From positions 1 to 50,400 of the forward strand of contig CAZCLV010000001.1 in NCBI GenBank assembly GCA_964499645.1: a DNA stretch of 50,400 bases, written 5' to 3'. Position numbers and translations under genes: made by a program. Below, in pieces: positions 8,769 to 16,195 of this stretch (position 1 is its first letter; each line of letters opens with the position of its first letter). The notes beneath the pieces were generated by a model. The model saw only the letters and a list, made by a program, of their open reading frames with translations, did not search any database and was not told where the DNA came from. This stretch comes from an uncultured Mycoplasma sp. (GTDB taxonomy: Bacteria; Bacillota_I; Bacilli_A; RF39; UBA660).

Positions 8769-10410
8769 ATTCTAGTGCCTTTTCTTCAGTTATTAATGAT
8801 GCTCTGTATTCATCATAATTACCCCAATATTGGTTAACTTTGCCATCTCCAAATACTAAAATTCTATTAGCAAATTTATTTATAAAAAATCTATCATGAC
8901 TAATAAATATTAACGTGCCAGAAAATTCTTCTAACGCTTCTTCCAATACCTCCTTAGTAGGAATATCTATATGGTTAGTTGGTTCATCAAAAATCAAAGT
9001 ATTTATTTCTTGTTGTAATAATTCAGCCATCTTAATTTTCATTTTTTCGCCACCAGATAAGTTTTTAACCCTTTTATTCACATCTTCAACATCAAATCTA
9101 AATCTAGCTAAAATACTACGACATCTCTGTTCGGGCAATCCAACTGCTCTTGTAAAATATTCTAATAAAGTTTGATTGCCATTTTCAAATTCAATTATTT
9201 GTGGTATATATCCTATTTTAACACTTGGGCCAACAAATACTTCTCCACTAACAGGTAGTTCTTGTTTACCCATAATTGTTTTAACAAAAGTTGATTTACC
9301 TGTTCCATTTTCGCCTAAAAGTGCTACTCTTTCACCTGCGCAAACTTCTAGATTTATACTATCAAGAATTTTCTTTCCATCTGGTATTTTCACAGATAAA
9401 TCATTAGCAATTATTATTTTTTTGCTTGATTTATTTTCTTCTAAGAAAGACATATTTAATTTTTTTTGTACAGTCGGTTTTTTAATAGATTTTTCTCTCA
9501 TTCTTTGTGTTCTTTCCCACAACGTTTTGCCTTGTTTAGTTAATGCAGAACTATTTCGACCCATACCTAAACTCATAAATTGTTTAGCCTTAGCCTCTAA
9601 TTGCTTTATTGCTTCTTGTTCATCACCATATTGTGTCATTTGTTTTTCAAACTCTATTTCACGTTGCGTTAAGTATCCTGAATAATTAGTGGCATATATT
9701 TTTCCAATTCCATAATCATCGATTGCCAATATTTGATTAGCCATTTTATCTAAAAAATATCTATCATGCGATACTATAATTGATGCACCTTTAAATGATT
9801 TTATATAATCTTCTAACCATTCAATTCTTTTCAAATCAAGATGATTAGTAGGTTCATCAAGTAATAATAAATCTGGTTCTATCAATAAAGATTTAGCAAG
9901 TTGAACCAATGTTTGTTCTCCTCCAGATAAAGTACTATATGATTGTTCTAACATACTTTTATTTAATTCCAATCCATTGATAACTGTGTTGATTTTTACA
10001 TCAACATCATATCCTCCCATTAAATTAAATTTTTCTAGTAAAGCACAATATTTTTCTAAAATTTTTTCACTATATTCTTCGCTTACTTTTCGCTCATATT
10101 CTTTTAATTGTTTTTCAATTATATTTATTTCGCCAAAAGCATCCTTTAGTATTTCGTAAACAGTCCTATCATCCTCTATGCTTGAACTTAATTGATCTAA
10201 GTATGCAACTTTGGTACCTTTTTTTAAGTTTACTGTACCCCTGTCTGGCGTTTCAAGCCCAGCTATAATCTTTAAAATGGTTGATTTTCCACAGCCATTA
10301 GGTCCAACTATTGCAACTGACTCACCCTCATTAAGAGTAAATGATACATCTTCAAACAATTGCTCGTATCCAAAATTCTTTGCTAATTTATTAGCATCCA
10401 GTATTAACAC
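8746..10410 (-). CDS. ABC-F family ATPase (two ABC cassettes, no transmembrane domain), a translation-associated/ARE-like class
   Basis: GPNGCGKST...LSGGEQ...LLLLDEPTNHLD, then GENGTGKST...LSGGEK...LIFDEPTNHID, with a charged linker of about 80 aa. GTG 10410 lies 8 nt after GGAGG and is preferred over the track start at 10497. Confidence 0.85.
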   Translation of the reverse strand: MLILDANKLAKNFGYEQLFEDVSFTLNEGESVAIVGPNGCGKSTILKIIAGLETPDRGTVNLKKGTKVAYLDQLSSSIEDDRTVYEILKDAFGEINIIEKQLKEYERKVSEEYSEKILEKYCALLEKFNLMGGYDVDVKINTVINGLELNKSMLEQSYSTLSGGEQTLVQLAKSLLIEPDLLLLDEPTNHLDLKRIEWLEDYIKSFKGASIIVSHDRYFLDKMANQILAIDDYGIGKIYATNYSGYLTQREIEFEKQMTQYGDEQEAIKQLEAKAKQFMSLGMGRNSSALTKQGKTLWERTQRMREKSIKKPTVQKKLNMSFLEENKSSKKIIIANDLSVKIPDGKKILDSINLEVCAGERVALLGENGTGKSTFVKTIMGKQELPVSGEVFVGPSVKIGYIPQIIEFENGNQTLLEYFTRAVGLPEQRCRSILARFRFDVEDVNKRVKNLSGGEKMKIKMAELLQQEINTLIFDEPTNHIDIPTKEVLEEALEEFSGTLIFISHDRFFINKFANRILVFGDGKVNQYWGNYDEYRASLITEEKALEYGSKKRK

Positions 10411-10437
10411 AAAACATCCCTCCTTATTTTTAACAAT

Positions 10438-10545
10438 ATTTACATTTATAACGTGAGCAACAATTATTACTTCTTTATAAAAATTATGCAAAAACACGGA
10501 TTGTAAGTAATAATAAATCAGTTCATATTGATTATAAATGTAAAT
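10438..10545 (-). promoter_or_regulatory. Structured 5' leader of the ABC-F gene: nested 14-bp and 10-bp perfect inverted repeats
   Basis: Plus ATTTACATTTATAA 10438-10451 vs TTATAAATGTAAAT 10532-10545. Inner pair ATTATTACTT 10463-10472 vs AAGTAATAAT 10505-10514. Confidence 0.55.
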
Positions 10546-10577
10546 TATAATATGGCAATCACCTAAAATTTCTCTTT

Positions 10578-10606
10578 ATTATATAGGTTTATTCAAAAAA
10601 AGTCAA
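10578..10606 (-). promoter_or_regulatory. Consensus sigma-A-type promoter of the ten-gene operon
   Basis: Minus strand TTGACT (10606-10601), 17-nt spacer, TATAAT (10583-10578). Confidence 0.75.
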
Positions 10607-10630
10607 CATATACTTCTGGTAAATTATTTT

Positions 10631-10694
10631 ATGACACTATGACACATTAATCGAGAGACCACTACTAGCAAAGATAGTGTCAAGTGTCATTTTT
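10631..10694. repeat. Inverted repeat built from four TGACAC half-sites with a 31-nt spacer and flanking T run. Either a bidirectional hairpin/insulator or a protein-binding site.
   Basis: ATGACACTATGACAC 10631-10645 vs GTGTCAAGTGTCAT 10677-10690, then TTTT. Confidence 0.5.
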
Positions 10695-10843
10695 AATTCC
10701 TTTTTGGCAATTTACTATAGTCATATTTATCCATAATTGGATTAAGTAAATCCTGGGATTTATTCAATTGTTCTACAGCTTGTTGCAATGTATATTCACT
10801 TTTACCTTCTTTAAGTAATTTTAAATGTTCTGTTAATAAATTA

Positions 10844-11017
10844 AAACAAAAAGATTGGACTAAAGATGGTCGTAAATGGATTTTTCAAACTAGATATACT
10901 GATTTATATGGTAATGTTAAAAAATATAAGTCAAAAAAATTTCTAAATAAAAATGAAGCTCAAGAGGCAGAAAGATTATTCTTTTTAGAACTAGATAAAT
11001 ATAGACCTGATAATAAT
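10844..11017 (+). pseudogene. Start-less in-frame 5' extension of the integrase ORF, encoding an arm-type N-terminal-domain-like segment
   Basis: The frame is open from the stop at 10718-10720 to ATG 11018 with no ATG/GTG/TTG. It translates to KQKDWTKDGRKWIFQTRYTDLYGNVKKYKSKKFLNKNEAQEAERLF, typical of phage-integrase N-termini. Confidence 0.5.
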
Positions 11018-11986
11018 ATGACTTTTAAAGAATTATATCTTGCTTTTTATGAATATCAAAAAGATAAAGTTAAAGAAACAACTATTCATACTTATTTAGA
11101 TAGAATGAGATATATGCAATATTTAGATAATATTAAAGTTAAAGAATTTAATCTACAACATTATGAAATGTGGAGAAAAAAGATATTAGAATGTAAATTA
11201 TCTAATAGAACTAGAAACTATATTTATAAGTTTTTAAAAACTATTATAAATTTTGGAACTAAATGGTATGGACTTAATTTTAATAATATATATCCTAAAA
11301 TGACTAATTTCACAGATCCAAACGAAAGAAAAAAGGAAATGGAATTTTGGACTTATGATGAATTTAGTAAATTTATATCAGTTGAAGATAATTTAACATT
11401 TAAAACTTTCTTTAAAACATTATATTATTGTGGACTTCGAAAAGGTGAAGCAAGAGCATTAGATTGGAAAGATATAGATTTTATTAATAATACTCTAATA
11501 GTTAGAAAAGGTTTATCTGATAATGTTAATGGAATTAAATATATAATATCTAGCCCAAAGACTTTAAATAGTAATAGAACACTACCTTTATCAAAAGAGT
11601 TAGTAAATGATTTAAAAAAGTTAAAACAAAGTGTAATGGAATATACTAATTTTAAAGAAGAATGGTTTGTATTTGGTAATGACTTACCTCTTGGTGATGA
11701 TGTTATCAGAAGAAGAAAAAATAATAATTGTGTTTTAGCAGGGGTTAAACAAATTAGAATACATGATTTTAGGCATAGTTGTGCTAGTTTACTAATTAAC
11801 AATGGTGCTGACATAACACTTGTTGCTAAATATCTAGGACACACAAAAATTGATGAAACTCTAAACACATATTCACATATGTTTAAAAATAAATTAAATA
11901 ATATTATTGGTCTTATTGATAATTTGAATGAACAATCTAATAAAGAATATGAAAATAAAAAAGATGACTTTGAAATAAGTATATAA
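11018..11986 (+). CDS. Tyrosine site-specific recombinase/integrase (core-binding plus catalytic domains; N-terminal arm domain apparently cut off)
   Basis: GLRKGEARAL (Arg), IHDFRHSCAS (HxxR), LGHTKIDETLNTYSH (His/Tyr). Confidence 0.85.
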   Translation: MTFKELYLAFYEYQKDKVKETTIHTYLDRMRYMQYLDNIKVKEFNLQHYEMWRKKILECKLSNRTRNYIYKFLKTIINFGTKWYGLNFNNIYPKMTNFTDPNERKKEMEFWTYDEFSKFISVEDNLTFKTFFKTLYYCGLRKGEARALDWKDIDFINNTLIVRKGLSDNVNGIKYIISSPKTLNSNRTLPLSKELVNDLKKLKQSVMEYTNFKEEWFVFGNDLPLGDDVIRRRKNNNCVLAGVKQIRIHDFRHSCASLLINNGADITLVAKYLGHTKIDETLNTYSHMFKNKLNNIIGLIDNLNEQSNKEYENKKDDFEISI

Positions 11987-11993
11987 GTAAAAA

Positions 11994-12023
11994 CTGATAA
12001 GCAGATTAGTGCTTATCAGTTTT
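11994..12023. terminator. Bidirectional terminator hairpin between the convergent integrase and C26-peptidase genes
   Basis: CTGATAAGC 11994-12002 / GCTTATCAG 12011-12019, flanked by A and T runs. The right arm overlaps the last codons of the minus-strand gene. Confidence 0.6.
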
Positions 12024-12731
12024 ATTATGCTTTGCTATATAGTCAATAAATCCTTTAAAAATATCATTTTGATTTTTTTTATTTTGAATTAATTCAGGGT
12101 GCCATTGAACTCCTATATTAAAACCATTTTCATTATATTCTAACAATTCAATAATGTTATCATCAGAGTATCCTTTAATTAAATATTTCCCAGGATCGCT
12201 AATTTTACATTTATGTATGCTATTTACAACAAAATCTTCCATAGCAATTAAATCATATAATTTAGAATCTTTTTCAATTTTAACAGCATGCATTTCCATA
12301 TTTTCTAAACTAAAATGTTTTTTCTTTAAATAATCATAATTTTCAAAATCAATTTTCCCACCAGTTGCTAATGCCATATTTATACATCCACAACAAATCC
12401 CAAGAATTGGCTTATTATTTTTAATGCAATATCGTACTATTTCTTGCTCATAATTACATATAACTATTCCACCCTCTAGTATGATTCCATCACATATATC
12501 AAGGGTTGAATATAGATCATTAATAGATTTGTCATCCATTATATAATTATGATAAGAAAAAGGTTTTTTTTCTTCAAATTCTAAAGATTGACTTTGCGGA
12601 ATTATTCCAATAGAAATAGCATTATTTTTATTAACTGCGTCCTTTATTTCGTTGCTTATGCATATTTTATTCCATATAATATCATCACATTGTGGTTTTC
12701 CAACTATTCCTATAATAGGTTTTTTATTCAA
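12006..12731 (-). CDS. Class-I glutamine amidotransferase-like / peptidase C26 (gamma-glutamyl hydrolase, PuuD-like)
   Basis: GICCGCINMA nucleophile-elbow region and VQWHPE His-Glu motif. Confidence 0.7.
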   Translation of the reverse strand: MNKKPIIGIVGKPQCDDIIWNKICISNEIKDAVNKNNAISIGIIPQSQSLEFEEKKPFSYHNYIMDDKSINDLYSTLDICDGIILEGGIVICNYEQEIVRYCIKNNKPILGICCGCINMALATGGKIDFENYDYLKKKHFSLENMEMHAVKIEKDSKLYDLIAMEDFVVNSIHKCKISDPGKYLIKGYSDDNIIELLEYNENGFNIGVQWHPELIQNKKNQNDIFKGFIDYIAKHNKTDKH

Positions 12732-12735
12732 TTCT

Positions 12736-13332
12736 TTAATCCTCTTTTCTTTTTAATTTTAAAACTAAATCTGCCGATTTATGTTCATTTCTACGCTTAT
12801 CCACTTCTTCAATGCTTAGCGGAATAAATCCATCATATATTGAAGAAGCAATTTCTTGCTTTTCTTGTCGGTTATTTTGGATTGAATAACAAGCAACCCA
12901 GTTATCCTTTTTTTCAATTTCATGATAATTGTTACCAATTAATTCATAGCTATTTTTATCAAATAAATGAACAACAGCATTATTATCCAATCTAGTTTGA
13001 ACATAAATGCTATCAACATTAGATGAAATTAAAAGTTTTGTAAGTTCTTTTATTGATTCAGAAGCATATCCCATTCCTTTAAATTCCTCAAAAACATATA
13101 ATCCATTTATTTTTGCAATTTTATCACTACATAAATGAACCATCATATAACCTATTACTTGCTGTTCATCTTCAATTTTAAAGATTATTTTTTCTCCACT
13201 CTCAAATTGAGACATATTTTTTTGCATCCACGTTGAGTAAAAAGGATACTCTTCAATAAATATTGCCGTTAATGCTTCAATACCTTCATTTAATTCTATT
13301 TTTGTTTTTAATCTGTGTAAAATCATATACAT
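12736..13332 (-). CDS. GNAT family acetyltransferase
   Basis: VIGYMMVH...FEEFKGMGYASESIKEL acetyl-CoA-binding-like motif. Confidence 0.65.
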   Translation of the reverse strand: MYMILHRLKTKIELNEGIEALTAIFIEEYPFYSTWMQKNMSQFESGEKIIFKIEDEQQVIGYMMVHLCSDKIAKINGLYVFEEFKGMGYASESIKELTKLLISSNVDSIYVQTRLDNNAVVHLFDKNSYELIGNNYHEIEKKDNWVACYSIQNNRQEKQEIASSIYDGFIPLSIEEVDKRRNEHKSADLVLKLKRKED

Positions 13333-13376
13333 TCCCCCTTAATTGAAAAATATATTATAGCAAATTAACAGATTTG

Positions 13377-13805
13377 TCAATTTAATTTCCTTGGTTTTAT
13401 AATAATTCTAGCACTTTCATCATAATTCCAAATATTTAAATGTCCTTTTGCTAATATTGGTTCTATCGGTTCAATATCTTCAAATACCCATGCATATCTA
13501 CCAGCCTCATAAGAACCACAATAATACTCTATTTTATTTTTTTTCATTTCATTTACGTATTTTTCATCCATATAAATGCAATCCACTAATTTTCCCCTAC
13601 AAATAATATTGCCATAATTCATTTTCATATTAATAATTAATTCATTAACCACATCATTTGTTAAATACTCTTTTGCTAATGTTTTCCCACTAGCATGAAT
13701 ATATAATTCACCACGATAGTTAGTATTCCAACTTCTAGTTTCTATATGTTTAATATTTTTCATTAGCAAAGTGGCAAATGGTTCTTTTATACTAATAACT
13801 TTCAT
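13377..13805 (-). CDS. ASCH (PUA-like) domain protein
   Basis: N-terminal ISIKEPFATLLMKNIKHIETRSW pattern typical of ASCH domains. Confidence 0.55.
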   Translation of the reverse strand: MKVISIKEPFATLLMKNIKHIETRSWNTNYRGELYIHASGKTLAKEYLTNDVVNELIINMKMNYGNIICRGKLVDCIYMDEKYVNEMKKNKIEYYCGSYEAGRYAWVFEDIEPIEPILAKGHLNIWNYDESARIIIKPRKLN

Positions 13806-13884
13806 GTTATTTTATCATTCCTTTCATTATCAATTTTATCATATTATTTGATTGTAAGTGCACTTTAAATATTATTTTTTCAAA

Positions 13885-13905
13885 AAATGCCACCCAAATG
13901 CCACC
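13885..13905. repeat. Direct repeat AAATGCCACC x2 at 11-bp phasing, upstream of the ASCH operon. Possible operator.
   Basis: 13885-13894 and 13896-13905 are identical, flanked by GCACTTT direct repeats. Confidence 0.35.
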
Positions 13906-13959
13906 TAAAGCACTTTTTATAAAAAACAAAAACTCGCAAACCATCATAAATACTAAGAC

Positions 13960-14066
13960 AAAAAAAGTGTCCAGCATTTCTGCTGGACTTCAGGGGGTTT
14001 TGGTTGAATACCACTTTTCACTCTTTAACCGTAAAAAGTAGTGCGGGTCTTTATTTTACCTCGCAG
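13960..14066 (-). ncRNA. Candidate small RNA (about 105 nt) with its own promoter, a 5' hairpin, an unpaired C-rich motif (ACCCCCUGAA) and an intrinsic terminator. Family not recognised.
   Basis: Consensus-like promoter at 14071-14099. GCGAGGU/ACCCGC 5' hairpin. Terminator GTCCAGCA-GAAA-TGCTGGAC + U7 (plus 13960-13988). No start codon or ORF inside. Confidence 0.5.
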
Positions 14067-14070
14067 TTTA

Positions 14071-14099
14071 ATAATAAATTATTTTTTAATAAAAGTCAA
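14071..14099 (-). promoter_or_regulatory. Sigma-A-type promoter for the candidate sRNA
   Basis: Minus strand TTGACT (14099-14094), 17-nt spacer, TATTAT (14076-14071). Confidence 0.6.
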
Positions 14100-14112
14100 C
14101 TGATTTTTAATT

Positions 14113-16134
14113 TTATCCTTCTTTTATATCATTAATAATTATTTCTTTTAATTTATTATAATCTTTATTATCATTCATTAAAAATTCTAATGAATCTTTT
14201 TTTGTTTGTAATAATATTTTATAATCTCTTTTTACATCTGCTATCTTAAAAGTCATATCTCCACTTTGTTTAGTTCCAAATAAATCTCCATGTCCTCTTA
14301 ATTTAAAATCTTCTTCACATATTTCAAACCCATCATTAGTTTTAGTCATTACTTCTAATCTTTTAGCATCTATATCACTAATTAAAACACACTTAGATTC
14401 TAAATTACTTCTTCCTACTCTACCTCTTAATTGATGTAATGTAGATAATCCAAATCTATTAGCATCAAATATTACTATCATAGTAGTATTAGGTACATCT
14501 ACTCCTACTTCTATTACAGTAGTACTTATTAATATATTAATTTTATTATCTTTAAAATCATTCATAATTTTATCTTTTTCTGCTTGTCTTAATTTACCAT
14601 GAATGATATTTATATTAAATTTATCATTAAATGCTAATACCATCTTATCCTTTAATTCATTTACAGTAGTTAAATCAGAATTTTCACTTTCTTCAATAAG
14701 TGGTGCTATTACATAGATTTGTCTATTATTCATTAGTTCTTCATACATCATATGTAATACTTCTTTTGTTTCATTAGTGCCTTTTAAATATGTCTTTATT
14801 GGTATTCTTCCTTTAGGTAACATACTTATAGTAGAAATATCCATATCTCCATATATAGTTAATGCATAAGTTCTAGGTATTGGAGTAGCACTCATATATA
14901 ATACATCTGGTTTTGTTCCTTTGTTTTGTAAATTAGTTCTTTGTAATACACCAAATCTATGTTGTTCATCTGTTATTACTAATCCTAAGTTATTGTATTT
15001 TACATCATCTTGTATTAAAGCATGAGTACCTATAATAATATCTATATTACCTTCTTCTAAATCTTTATGTATTCTATCTTTATCTTTTTTAGATAATGAT
15101 CCTGTTAATAATTCTACTTTTATATTTATTCCCTTTAATACTTCTTTAACTGTATTTAAATGTTGTGTTGCTAATATTTCAGTTGGAGCCATTAAAGCAC
15201 TTTGATAACCACTTAAATAATTTGCATACATAGCAATAATTGCTACTACTGTTTTACCACTACCTACATCTCCTTGTAATAATCTATTCATTCTTCTTGG
15301 AGATTCCAAATCCTCTAATATTTCATTTAATACCTTTACTTGATCATTTGTTAGTTCATATGGCAATTTATTTATTAATTGTTTTATATCTTCTTTATTA
15401 AAATCTCTTTTTATACCATTCTTAATATTTTTATTTCTTAATTTTAAATAATTAATTTTAGTCATAAATAGAAATAGTTCTTCATAAATTAAACGCATTT
15501 GAGCTTGTTTTAATTTTTCTTTTGTACTTGGATTATGAACAATATTTAAAGATGTTTTTTTATTTAAAAAATTATATTGTTCAATTAAATACTTAGGAAT
15601 AAAATCTTCTATATCATTTCCATATTCCATTAAAGCATTATTTATATACAAACCAATATTCTTTGTAGATAAACCCATAGTACCATGATATATAGGTTCT
15701 ATCTTCTCGCTTTTAGGTAATAATCCTATTCTTATTTCTGAAGCCATAATAACATTCTTTAACTTATCATATTTACCTATTACAGTTATATTAGAACCTA
15801 CTGATAATTGATTCTTTAAATAAGCTCTATTGAATATAGAAACACCTACTACTAATCCATCACTAGTAATTAATCTTAAATTCATCTTATTAAGGTTACC
15901 TTTTAATCTTAATAAGATTGGTACTTGATCTACTTTACCATCTATAATAACCTTTTCAAGTTCATCTGCATCTTTTAAATTACTTCTTTTTATTAAATCA
16001 TATCTATATGGATAATGTGATACTAAATCTAAAACACTATAAATATTAATTTTATTAAATAATAAAGCGGTCTTTGTACCAACACCTTTTACTTTACTTA
16101 TATCTATCATTAGACCACTTCCTTTTTCTTTCAT
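14113..16134 (-). CDS. recG: ATP-dependent DNA helicase RecG
   Basis: GDVGSGKT, DEQHRFG, wedge-domain N-terminus, length of about 670 aa. Confidence 0.95.
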   Translation of the reverse strand: MKEKGSGLMIDISKVKGVGTKTALLFNKINIYSVLDLVSHYPYRYDLIKRSNLKDADELEKVIIDGKVDQVPILLRLKGNLNKMNLRLITSDGLVVGVSIFNRAYLKNQLSVGSNITVIGKYDKLKNVIMASEIRIGLLPKSEKIEPIYHGTMGLSTKNIGLYINNALMEYGNDIEDFIPKYLIEQYNFLNKKTSLNIVHNPSTKEKLKQAQMRLIYEELFLFMTKINYLKLRNKNIKNGIKRDFNKEDIKQLINKLPYELTNDQVKVLNEILEDLESPRRMNRLLQGDVGSGKTVVAIIAMYANYLSGYQSALMAPTEILATQHLNTVKEVLKGINIKVELLTGSLSKKDKDRIHKDLEEGNIDIIIGTHALIQDDVKYNNLGLVITDEQHRFGVLQRTNLQNKGTKPDVLYMSATPIPRTYALTIYGDMDISTISMLPKGRIPIKTYLKGTNETKEVLHMMYEELMNNRQIYVIAPLIEESENSDLTTVNELKDKMVLAFNDKFNINIIHGKLRQAEKDKIMNDFKDNKINILISTTVIEVGVDVPNTTMIVIFDANRFGLSTLHQLRGRVGRSNLESKCVLISDIDAKRLEVMTKTNDGFEICEEDFKLRGHGDLFGTKQSGDMTFKIADVKRDYKILLQTKKDSLEFLMNDNKDYNKLKEIIINDIKEG

Positions 16135-16159
16135 ATTTTATCATAAAAGTTAAAAAAAC

Positions 16160-16188
16160 AAAAGAAAAAGTTCATTTTTTATGAACTT
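16160..16188 (-). terminator. Intrinsic terminator after the cadherin-like protein gene
   Basis: AAGTTCAT/ATGAACTT stem with a 5-nt loop and a T-rich tail on the minus strand. Confidence 0.6.
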
Positions 16189-16195
16189 TATTCTA

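Noticed and set aside
240-10410. RiPP interpretation of the operon (radical SAM plus ATP-grasp acting on a ribosomal precursor peptide)
   Set aside because: I found no short ORF with an RBS in the gaps (the gaps are 14 nt or less, apart from the hairpin-filled 82-nt gap and the leader). I saw no RiPP recognition element, peptidase-containing exporter or leader protease. The idea cannot be fully excluded without a search for a distal precursor.
10411-10497. Upstream GTG at 10497 as the ABC-F start (track ORF of 583 aa)
   Set aside because: There is no Shine-Dalgarno before it. The extra 29 residues are hydrophobic or AT-biased and precede the normal ABC-F N-terminus. GTG 10410 has GGAGG at ideal spacing. 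The region instead forms the 3' arm of the leader inverted repeats.
10519-10527. Mini-uORF ATG-AAC-TGA inside the ABC-F leader as a stalling peptide
   Set aside because: It has no ribosome-binding site upstream and is only two sense codons long. It cannot be distinguished from chance, so it is mentioned only as something to check in ribosome profiling.
10844-13805. Prophage or intact integrative element around the integrase
   Set aside because: No phage structural, replication, excisionase, conjugation or mobilisation genes are present. The integrase lacks its 5' end. Only a degenerate island remnant can be supported.
13960-14066. Assigning the candidate RNA to a known riboswitch class (preQ1, guanidine-II, fluoride, ZTP, c-di-GMP, T-box) or to SRP/6S/tmRNA
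   Set aside because: None of the conserved cores I can recall for these families is present. Examples are the preQ1 A-rich tail, paired ACGR loops, the SRP GGAA/AGCA domain IV and the T-box sequence. It is therefore left as an unclassified candidate ncRNA.
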